NCBI RefSeq assembly: GCF_006345805.1
Contig: NC_043005.1
Span: 90,644,001 to 90,708,000, forward strand
Reading direction: 5' to 3'
DNA from: Octopus sinensis
Lineage: Eukaryota
Length of the DNA: 64,000 nt
In this document: positions 38,536-48,379 of the stretch, piece after piece
How the letters are laid out: every line of letters begins with the position of its first letter
Position numbering within the stretch: the first letter of the stretch is position 1
Position numbers and translations under genes: made by a program
The notes under the pieces: generated by a model
Told to the model about the DNA's origin: nothing
Seen by the model: only the letters and a program-made list of their open reading frames with translations
Databases searched by the model: none

Positions 38536-41500
38536 AATGTGAATCAGACGAAAAGACAAATAATGGTGTTGCGAATGAAACAAACAAGATAAGTGAAGAA
38601 GCGAAAAGCGAGGAAGGAAGTGAAGCAGAGGAATCACAAAAGTATAAAAGAAAGCGTTCATTGAACGAAAATGAAGAAGAAAAGACTGAAGGTGACGCTA
38701 GTGAAGAAGAGAAAGCCGACGAAAGAAGAAGTGAAAGGGTGAATGAAAATGAAGATGAAAAAACTGAAGGTGACGCTAGTGAAGAAGAGAAGGCCGACGA
38801 TCGAAGAAGTGAAAAAGTGAATGAAAATGACGAAGAAAAGACTGAAGGAGACGATAATGAAGAAGCGAACGCCGACGAACGAAGAAGTGAGGCAAAGGAA
38901 TCGAAAAAGAATAAGAGAAAACGTTCAGTTAACGAAAGTGAAGAAGAAAAAACTGAAGGTGACGCTAGTGAAGAAGAGAAAGCCGACGATCGAAGAAGTG
39001 AAGAAGTGAATGAAAATGAAGAAGAAAAGACTGAAGGTGACGGAGAAGAAGAAGAGAAAGGTGACGAACGAAGAAGTGAAGCAGTCAATGAAAATGAAGA
39101 AGAAAAGACTGAAGGAGACGATAATGAAGAAGCGAAAGCCGACGAACGAAGAAGTGAGGCAAAGGAATCGAAAAAGAATAAGAGAAAACGTTCAGTTAAC
39201 GAAAATGAAGAACAAAAAACTGAAGGTGACGCTAGTGAAGAAGAGAAAGCCGACGATCGAAGAAGTGAAGAAGTGAATGAAAATGAAGAAGAAAGGACTG
39301 AAGGTGACGGAGAAGAAGAAGAGAAAGGTGACGAACGAAGAAGTGAAACAGTAAATGATAATGAAGAAGAAAAGACTGAAGGAGACGATAATGAAGAAGC
39401 GAAAGCCGACGAACGAAGAAATAATGCAAAGGAATCGAAAAAGAATAAGAGAAAACGTTCAGTTAACGAAAATGAAGAAGAAAAAACTGAAGGTGACGCT
39501 AGTGAAGAAGAGAAGGCCGACGATCGAAGAAGTGAAGAAGTGAATGAAAATGAAGAAGAAAAGACTGAAGGTGACGGAGAAGAAGAAGAGAAAGGTGACG
39601 AACGAAGAAGTGAAATAGTCAATGAAAATGAAGAAGAAAAGACTGAAGGAGACGATAATGAAGAAGCGAAAGCCGACGAACGAAGAAGTAATGCAAAGGA
39701 ATCGAAAAAGAATAAGAGAAAACGTTCAGTTAACGAAAATGAAGAAGAAAAAAATGAAGGTGACGCTAGTGAAGAAGAGAAGGCCGACGATCGAAGAAGT
39801 GAAGAAGTGAATGAAATGAAGAAGAAAGACTGAAGGTGACGGAGAAGAAGAAGAGAAAGGTGACGAACGAAGAAGTGAAATAGTCAATGAAAATGAAGAA
39901 GAAAAGACTGAAGGAGACGATAATGAAGAAGCGAAAGCCGACGAACGAAGAAGTAATGCAAAGGAATCGAAAAAGAATAAGAGAAAACGTTCAGTTAACG
40001 AAATGAAGAAGAAAAAAATGAAGGTGACGCTAGTGAAGAAGAGAAAGCCGACGATCGAAGAAGTGAAAAAGTGAATGAAAATGAAGAAGAAAAGACTGAA
40101 GGTGACGGAGAAGAAGAAGAGAAAGGTGACGAACGAAGAAGTGAAGCAGTCAATGAAAATGAAGAAGAAAAGACTGAAGGAGACGATAATGAAGAAGCGA
40201 AAGCCGACGAACGAAGAAGTAATGCAAAGGAATCGAAAAAGAATAAGAGAAAACGTTCAGTTAACGAAAATGAAGAAGAAAAGACTGAAGGTGACGCTAG
40301 TGAAGAAGAGAAAACCGACGATCGAAGAAGTGAAACAGTCAATGAAAATGAAGAAGAAAAGACTGAAGGAGACGATAATGAAGAAGCGAAAGCCGACGAA
40401 CGAAGAAGTAATGCAAAGGAATCGAAAAAGAATAAGAGAAAACGTTCAGTTAACGAAAATGAAGAAGAAAAAAATGAAGGTGACGCTAGTGAAGAAGAGA
40501 AGGCCGACGATCGAAGAAGTGAAGAAGTGAATGAAAATGAAGAAGAAAAGACTGAAGGTGACGCTAGTGAAGAAGAGAAAGGTGACGAACGAAGAAGTGA
40601 AAGAGTCAATGAAAATGAAGAAGAAAAGACTGAAGGAGACGATAATGAAGAAGCGAAAGCCGACGAACGAAGAAGTAATGCAAAGGAATCGAAAAAGAAT
40701 AAGAGAAAACGTTCAGTTAACGAAAATGAAGAAGAAAAGACTGAAGGTGACGCTAGTGAAGAAGAGAAAGCCGACGATCGAAGAAGTGAAAGAGTCAATG
40801 AAAATGAAGAAGAAAAGACTGAAGGAGACGATAATGAAGAAGCGAAAGCCGACGAACGAAGAAGTAATGCAAAGGAATCGAAAAAGAATAAGAGAAAACG
40901 TTCAGTTAACGAAAATGAAGAAGAAAAAATGAAGGTGACGCTAGTGAAGAAGAGAAGGCCGACGATCGAAGAAGTGAAGAAGTGAATGAAAATGAAGAAG
41001 AAAAGACTGAAGGTGACGGAGAAGAAGAAGAGAAAGGTGACGAACGAAGAAGTGAAACAGTCAATGAAAATGAAGAAGAAAAGACTGAAGGAGACGATAA
41101 TGAAGAAGCGAAAGCCGACGAACGAAGAAGTAATGCAAAGGAATCGAAAAAGAATAAGCGAAAACGTTCAGTTAACGAAAATGAAGAAGAAAAGACTGAA
41201 GGTGACGCTAGTGAAGAAGAGAAAGCCGACGATCGAAGAAGTGAAAAAGTGAATGAAAATGAAGAAGAAAAGACTGAAGGTGACGGAGAAGAAGAAGAGA
41301 AAGGTGACGAACGAAGAAGTGAAACAGTCAATGAAAATGAAGAAGAAAAGACTGAAGGAGACGATAATGAAGTTGCGAAAGCCGACGAACGAAGAAGTAA
41401 TGCAAAGGAATCGAAAAAGAATAAGAGAAAACGTTCAGTTAACGAAAATGAAGAAGAAAAAAATGAAGGTGACGCTAGTGAAGAAGAGAAAGCCGACGAT

Positions 41501-44500
41501 CGAAGAAGTGAAAAAGTGAATGAAAATGAAGAAGAAAAGACTGAAGGTGACGGAGAAGAAGAAGAGAAAGATGACGAACGAAGAAGTGAAATAGTCAATG
41601 AAAATGAAGAAGAAAAGACTGAAGGAGACGATAATGAAGAAGCGAAAGCCGACGAACGAAGAAGTAATGCAAAGGAATCGAAAAAGAATAAGAGAAAACG
41701 TTCAGTTAACGAAAATGAAGAAGAAAAGACTGAAGGTGACGCTAGTGAAGAAGAGAAAACCGACGATCGAAGAAGTGAAACAGTCAATGAAAATGAAGAA
41801 GAAAAGACTGAAGGAGACGATAATGAAGAAGCGAAAGCCGACGAACGAAGAAGTAATGCAAAGGAATCGAAAAAGAATAAGAGAAAACGTTCAGTTAACG
41901 AAAATGAAGAAGAAAAAAATGAAGGTGACGCTAGTGAAGAAGAGAAGGCCGACGATCGAAGAAGTGAAGAAGTGAATGAAAATGAAGAAGAAAAGACTGA
42001 AGGTGACGGAGAAGAAGAAGAGAAAGGTGACGAACGAAGAAGTGAAACAGTCAATGAAAATGAAGAAGAAAAGACTGAAGGAGACGATAATGAAGTTGCG
42101 AAAGCCGACGAACGAAGAAGTAATGCAAAGGAATCGAAAAAGAATAAGAGAAAACGTTCAGTTAACGAAAATGAAGAAGAAAAAACTGAAGGTGACGCTA
42201 GTGAAGAAGAGAAAGCCGACGATCGAAGAAGTGAAAAAGTGAATGAAAATGAAGAAGAAAAGATTGAAGGTGACGGAGAAGAAGAAAAGGTGACGAACGA
42301 AGAAGTGAAGCAGTCAATGAAAATGAAGAAGAAAAGACTGAAGGAGACGATAATGAAGAAGCGAAAGCCGACGAACGAAGAAGTAATGCAAAGGAATCGA
42401 AAAAGAATAAGAGAAAACGTTCAGTTAACGAAAATGAAGAAGAAAAGACTGAAGGTGACGCTAGTGAAGAAGAGAAAGCCGACGATCGAAGAAGTGAAAA
42501 AGTGAATGAAAATGAAGAAGAAAAGACTGAAGGTGACGCTAGTGAAGAAGAGAAAGCCGACGATCGAAGAAGTGAAAGAGTCAATGAAAATGAAGAAGAA
42601 AAGACTGAAGGAGACGATAATGAAGAAGCGAAAGCCGACGAACGAAGAAGTAATGCAAAGGAATCGAAAAAGAATAAGAGAAAACGTTCAGTTAACGAAA
42701 ATGAAGAAGAAAAGACTGAAGGTGACGCTAGTGAAGAAGAGAAAGCCGACGATCGAAGAAGTGAAAGAGTCAATGAAAATGAAGAAGAAAAGACTGAAGG
42801 AGACGATAATGAAGAAGCGAAAGCCGACGAACGAAGAAGTAATGCAAAGGAATCGAAAAAGAATAAGAGAAAACGTTCAGTTAACGAAAATGAAGAAGAA
42901 AAAAATGAAGGTGACGCTAGTGAAGAAGAGAAGGCCGACGATCGAAGAAGTGAAGAAGTGAATGAAAATGAAGAAGAAAAGACTGAAGGTGACGGAGAAG
43001 AAGAAGAGAAAGGTGACGAACGAAGAAGTGAAACAGTCAATGAAAATGAAGAAGAAAAGACTGAAGGAGACGATAATGAAGAAGCGAAAGCCGACGAACG
43101 AAGAAGTAATGCAAAGGAATCGAAAAAGAATAAGCGAAAACGTTCAGTTAACGAAAATGAAGAAGAAAAGACTGAAGGTGACGCTAGTGAAGAAGAGAAA
43201 GCCGACGATCGAAGAAGTGAAAAAGTGAATGAAAATGAAGAAGAAAAGACTGAAGGTGACGGAGAAGAAGAAGAGAAAGGTGACGAACGAAGAAGTGAAG
43301 CAGTCAATGAAAATGAAGAAGAAAAGACTGAAGGAGACGATAATGAAGTTGCGAAAGCCGACGAACGAAGAAGTAATGCAAAGGAATCGAAAAAGAATAA
43401 GAGAAAACGTTCAGTTAACGAAAATGAAGAAGAAAAAACTGAAGGTGACGCTAGTGAAGAAGAGAAAGCCGACGATCGAAGAAGTGAAAAAGTGAATGAA
43501 AATGAAGAAGAAAAGACTGAAGGTGACGGAGAAGAAGAAGAGAAAGGTGACGAACGAAGAAGTGAAACAGTCAATGAAAATGAAGAAGAAAAGACTGAAG
43601 GAGACGATAATGAAGAAGCGAAAGCCGACGAACGAAGAAGTAATGCAAAGGAATCGAAAAAGAATAAGAGAAAACGTTCAGTTAACGAAAATGAAGAAGA
43701 AAAAACTGAAGGTGACGCTAGTGAAGAAGAGAAAGCCAACGAAAGAAAAAGTGAAAAAGTGAATGAAAATGAAGAAGAAAAGACTGAAAATGACGGAGAA
43801 GAAGAAGAGAAAGGTGACGAACGAAGAAGTGAAGCAGTCAATGAAAATGAAGAAGAAAAAACTGAAGGTGACGCTAGTGAAGAAGAGAAAGCCGACGATC
43901 GAAGAAGTGAAAAAGTGAATGAAAATGAAGAAGAAAAGACTGAAGGTGACGGAGAAGAAGAAGAGAAAGGTGACGAACGAAGAAGTGAAACAGTCAATGA
44001 AAATGAAGAAGAAAAGACTGAAGGAGACGATAATGAAGAAGCGAACGCCGATGAACGAAGAAGTGAGGCAAAGAATCGAAAAAGAATAAGAGAAAACGTT
44101 CAGTTAACGAAAATGAAGAAGAAAAGACTGAAGGTGACGCTAGTGGAGAAGAGAAAGCCGACGATCGAAGAAGTGAAGGAGTGAATGAAAATGACGAAGA
44201 AAAGACTGAAGGTGATGCTAGTGAAGAAGAGAAAGGTGACGAACGAAGAAGTGAAACAGTCAATGAAAATGAAGAAGAAAAGGCTGAAGGAGACGATAAT
44301 GAAGAAGCGAAAGCCGACGAACGAAGAAGTGACGCAAAGGAATCGAAAAAGAATAAGAGAAAACGTTCAGTTAACGAAAATGAAGAAGAAAAGACTGAAG
44401 GTGACGCTAGTGAAGAAGAGAAAGCCGACGATCGAAGAAGTGAAAAAGTGAATGAAAATGAAGAAGAAAAGACTGAAGGTGACGGAGAAGAAGAAGAGAA

Positions 44501-44921
44501 AGGTGACGAACGAAGAAGTGAAGCAGTCAATGAAAATGAAGAAGAAAAGACTGAAGGAGACGATAATGAAGAAGCGAAAGCTGACGAACGAAGAATTGAT
44601 GCAAAGGAATCGAAAAAGAATAAGAGAAAACGTTCAGTTAACGAAAATGAAGAAGAAAAAACTGAAGGTGACGCTAGTGAAGAAGAGAAAGCCGACGATC
44701 GAAGAAGTGTAAAAGTGAATGAAAATGAAGAAGAAAAGACTGAAGGTGACGCTAGCGAAGAAGAGAAAGCCGACGAACGAAGAAGTGAAACAGTCAATGA
44801 AAATGAAGAAGAAAAGTCTGAAGGTGACGCTAGTGAAGAAGCGAAAGCTGAAGGAACAAATAGCGAAAACAAATCACTACTGAGCCGAATTCTACGCCAT
44901 AATCACACAATTTTTTATTAG
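38536..44921 (+). CDS. Giant terminal exon: Glu/Asp-rich tandem-repeat polyprotein with dibasic and furin sites (frame broken by six small deletions in this assembly)
   Basis: Acceptor atcttacag/AA TGT is phase 1 and in frame with ORF 38661. It reads (E)[41 protein letters not shown], then the repeats, then a unique tail [22 protein letters not shown] and stop at 44919-44921. The five ORF-track fragments are one reading frame offset by deletions at ~39815, 39826, 40002, 40926, 42286 and 44073. Confidence 0.82.
38661..44840 (+). repeat. Coding higher-order tandem array of 78-nt and 111-nt monomers (commonest block 267 nt)
   Basis: 46 x 78 nt + 23 x 111 nt = 6141 nt. Subtracting the 9 deleted nt places the last partial monomer at 44793, which is what the sequence shows. 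Confidence 0.97.
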
Positions 44922-44987
44922 TTTATACTAAAAAATTACTTTCAACTTTTGCATCTGAAAGAAATTGAGGTCCAAGCTGTCTTGTGG

Positions 44988-45024
44988 AATATAAAATTAG
45001 GAAAAATAATTTGTGTTTTATTTG
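44988..45024 (+). terminator. Possible non-canonical polyadenylation signal
   Basis: AATATAAA ~70 nt after the stop codon, followed ~20 nt later by a GU/U-rich tract (ttgtgttttatttg). No canonical AATAAA is seen. Confidence 0.25.
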
Positions 45025-45646
45025 ATGATTCATAAATTTCGTCCCCTTCTGGCAGAACCCTTAGCACCTCCGTCAAAATACCCTAGCGACATTTGTTACG
45101 GCGCTCTGTTCTGAGTGGAAACTCTTTCGATCTCGACTTTTGCTTTCATTCTTTGTCTGTTGATAGAAGTAGACGAAACTCTGAAAGAACGATTACTGTT
45201 TTTGTTGTTTAACCCTTGGTGAAAGCTACCGGAAGAGACCTTTCGTTAAACGCCTTCCCTTTGCTGGTCAGTGACGTGGCCTGAACATTGCCATATTGCT
45301 GGTTGCTCTCGATGCAGAATCTTTAGGGTCGTAACATTTAAAAAGAAATAATAATAGCTGAAGTATAACATGCCCTTTGCCCTATCCCCTATTCTTACAT
45401 TTCCCCGGGCGTAGTTAGCCAAGCTACACAACTGTTCGTGGCTTTAACCTTTGTTTTGGGGTATGTAGGACAGAATTATCTAAAGCAGTAGTTCTCAACC
45501 GTGGTCCATATTGTCCCTGATTGTCCAAATAAGATTTTTATTGGTCCACGCAACAAAATAGTAAATTGGCGATCCACAATTGTATTTGAAGGGCTTCTAA
45601 ACAAATTTTGTTTTAGATGTATATATTGGTATTTATTGCAAGAAAC

Positions 45647-45880
45647 GTGGAGGCACATGGCTTAGTAGTTAAGGTGTTGAACTCATGATCGTAAGGTTGT
45701 AGTTTCGATCCTGGATCGGGCGATGCTTTGTGTTTTTGAGCAAAACACTTCATTTCACCACTCGGCTGGCAAAACTGAGTAATCCTGCGGTGAACTGGCG
45801 TCCCGCCCAGGTGGGAAATTTCTACGCCACTGAAACCGGGAAACCGACCCATATGAGCCTGGCATGACTCGAGAAGGAAC
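45647..45880 (+). mobile_element. tRNA-derived SINE, family 3 (first nested copy)
   Basis: gtggaggcacatggcttagtagttaagg (A box), gtttcgatcc (B box), core ggcgtcccgcccaggtggg..ctacgcca..gaaaccgggaaaccg. Confidence 0.75.
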
Positions 45881-45888
45881 ATTTATTG

Positions 45889-46191
45889 GTGGAGGCACAT
45901 GGCCTAGTGGTTAGAGCAGCGGACTCGCGTTCGAGGGATCGCCGGTTCGAATCTCAGACCGGGCGACGTGTGTGTTTATGAGCGAAACACCTAAGCTCCA
46001 TGCGGCTCCGGCAGAAGGTAATGGCGAACTTCTGCTGACTCTTTTGCCACAACTTTCTCTCACTCTTTCCTCCAGCATCTTGCAGCTCACCGGCGACGGA
46101 CCGGCGTCCCGTTCAGGTGGGGAATCTATACGCCAAGGAAACCGAGAAACCGGCCCTAATGAGCCAGGGGTGGCTCGAGAAAGAAACAAAC
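45889..46191 (+). mobile_element. tRNA-derived SINE, family 3 (second nested copy)
   Basis: Near-consensus A box TGGCCTAGTGGTTAG and B box GGTTCGAATCTC, the same core as the preceding copy, and an aaacaaac tail. Confidence 0.8.
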
Positions 46192-47059
46192 ATTGCAAGA
46201 AGCAGCTAGGTTTCTTTCTCTAGCATTTTACATAGTTCAACCTACACAAGTTCCTGTGTGAATAGCAAAATAGGAATTTTGAAAGAAGGTTCTATAAAAC
46301 TAGTTTTTAAACATTGAATGGCTATGAGGGGTTCACCAGAATAAAATAGTAATCAAAGGGGTTTATAGATAAAAGAAAATGGTTGAGAACCCCTGATCTA
46401 AAGAGTCTTTCTTTTAAATGTGTGAAGCATATCTGGCTGTTACTTCTCGCAATTTGACATGCAGCCTATATTCTCTTTCATCTGTTTTATTTTCAGGTTC
46501 AAGTGTAATCTGGTTTAAAGGTAAATACCGCGACACGTTAATAGTCTTCTTCGTCCTTGAGAAGGTCCGAGGCATAGGCTTTCATAACTGTTTCTGGTTT
46601 AGGTAAAGGGCCAGTAATTTTTGAGGGGAGGGCATTAAACGATAAAATCAATCCCAGTACTTTGCTGATTCTTCAATTTATCGAACCCGTAAAGATGAAA
46701 GGCAAAGTTGACCTCGGAAGAATTTGAACTCACAACTTAAAGAGCCGGAAGAAACACGCAAGGTATTTTCTCCGATGCTGTAGCGATTCTGCCAGCGCGT
46801 TGCTTTAGGCTATATTTAGATTCAATAATTCTGATTCAGGTACAAGATCAGCAACGCTGAGTGTGAGCACAGTACTTAGCTGGTACTTTATTCTATCGAC
46901 TTCGAAAGAGGAAAGACGAATTTGATCCCGGTCGTATTTCAACTCAGTCAAGAGCCAGAGAAAGTTCTTTATGGCATTCTTTTCCCGACACTCTTGCCAG
47001 TCTGCCAACTCGCATCCATGTTTCTGTCCATGGATTTCTTTTATTTTTTAAATCTTTTA

Positions 47060-47270
47060 CTTGCTTCAGTCATTTGACTGCGGCCATGCTGGGGTGCCAC
47101 CTTAAAGGGTTCTTAGTCGAACAAATCGACCCTACGACTAACCTTTTTAAACCTGATACTTATTCTATCGGTCTCTTTTCCTGAACCGTTACAATACGGT
47201 GACGTAAACACACCAACATCGTTTGTCAAGAGGTGGGGAAGGGACGAACAAAGACACACAGAAATATCTA

Positions 47271-47325
<55 letters not shown>

Positions 47326-47477
47326 ACGATGAGCTTTCTTCAGTTTCCGCCTACCAAAATCCACTCACAAGACTTTAGTCAGCCCGAAGCTATAGTAGAA
47401 GACACTTGCCCAAGGTGCCACGCAGTGGGACTTAACCCGGAACCATGTGGTTGGGAGGTAAGCTTTTACCACACACA

Positions 47478-47480
<3 letters not shown>
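47060..47480 (-). mobile_element. tRNA-derived SINE, family 2
   Basis: cttttacttgcttcagtcatttgactgcggccatgctgg ... ccacgcagtgggacttaacccggaaccatgtggttggga is the reverse complement of family 2. Confidence 0.7.
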
Positions 47481-47510
<30 letters not shown>

Positions 47511-47749
47511 GCACACGCACGCACACACACACATACACACAGACATAACAGAGTTATTAGTGAGGGATTATCAATCTGGGCAAAATACTTTATAATCTCT
47601 CTGCTAGAACACCAGGCTAACAATATTGTTTAGATTAGTGAAGAATTTCGCATAATCTTGTGGCAGGATACGTGGTTGTACTTCATCACCATTCTGTATT
47701 GTAAATCCATGGTTGTGTTCTAGTTATACTGGCTTTTACAGAGTGATAT

Positions 47750-48185
47750 ACAAGTATACAAGACAAGGCATAAATAATAGCCATTACATATTTATCTTTA
47801 TTGTAGTAAATTCGAATTCCAGCTGTTTCCAGTCGTCATTATAGGTTGGTTATGGATAAGTTTACTCAATCAGTTGAGAAGAATTGATCGACCTAGAAAA
47901 TTAATGCAACTTTCGTCAGATACATTTCAAGTTAGAATCAAGCAGAACACCAAATACCTGTACCGTTCCTTCAGTGTTCTCTTTGGTTCTAACCCGAAAT
48001 GACTGACGAAAGTAGCATTAATCTTTTTAGGTCGTTCAATTCTTCTCAACTAATCAATGGGCTGATTGAGTAAACCTATCAATAACCAACCTATAATGAT
48101 TACTGGAAACAGCTGGAAGTCAAATTTACTACAATAAAGAAAAATATGTAACGGCTATTATTTATGCCTTGTCTTATAATACATA
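47750..48185. repeat. Long inverted repeat (~165-bp arms, ~80-bp spacer)
   Basis: 47755-47921 (aagacaaggcataaataatagcc..ccagctgtttccag..attaatgcaactttcgtcag) is reverse-complementary to 48003-48180. The right arm has an 11-nt insertion. Confidence 0.85.
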
Positions 48186-48379
48186 TATGACACAGTAGAG
48201 AGGAAATTTATTACAGTAGACATTACCGTATTGAGAGCTGATGGGTTGGCTGTAATTTACATACGTTCGTCGTCATACTTTAAGTGGATCAGTCCCTTGT
48301 CAATGCTATCAGTAATTTAAGTCTAAGACTAACTATTGCAGCAAGCACAGATATATAAACCTAACGACAAAGTTTTATG

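Larger units (their letters stand above)
45486..46395. mobile_element. Non-autonomous hAT (Charlie-like) element carrying two nested SINEs
   Basis: TIRs CAGTAGTTCTCAACC / GGTTGAGAACCCCTG (13/15 match). A perfect 8-bp TSD ATCTAAAG lies at 45478-45485 and 46396-46403. Confidence 0.87.

Noticed and set aside
38821-44712. Lys/Met-rich plus-strand ORFs (MKMKKKRLK...)
   Set aside because: They are the shifted frame of the same repeat and stop every 1-5 monomers. Only the acidic frame connects to the upstream exons.
38661-44840. Regular array as a CRISPR or non-coding satellite
   Set aside because: There are no unique spacers. Unit lengths are multiples of 3, the frame is free of nonsense substitutions, and the context is eukaryotic.
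38519-44872. Long minus-strand Ser/Phe/Leu-rich ORFs (367, 267, 382, 599 and 292 aa)
   Set aside because: They are antisense shadows of the GAA-rich coding repeat. They break at the same deletions and have no start, signal or splice context.
45889-45965. tRNA gene
   Set aside because: It has A and B boxes, but it continues into a SINE body, related heads recur at 45647, 36515, 54740 and 15078, and I could not fold a convincing acceptor stem.
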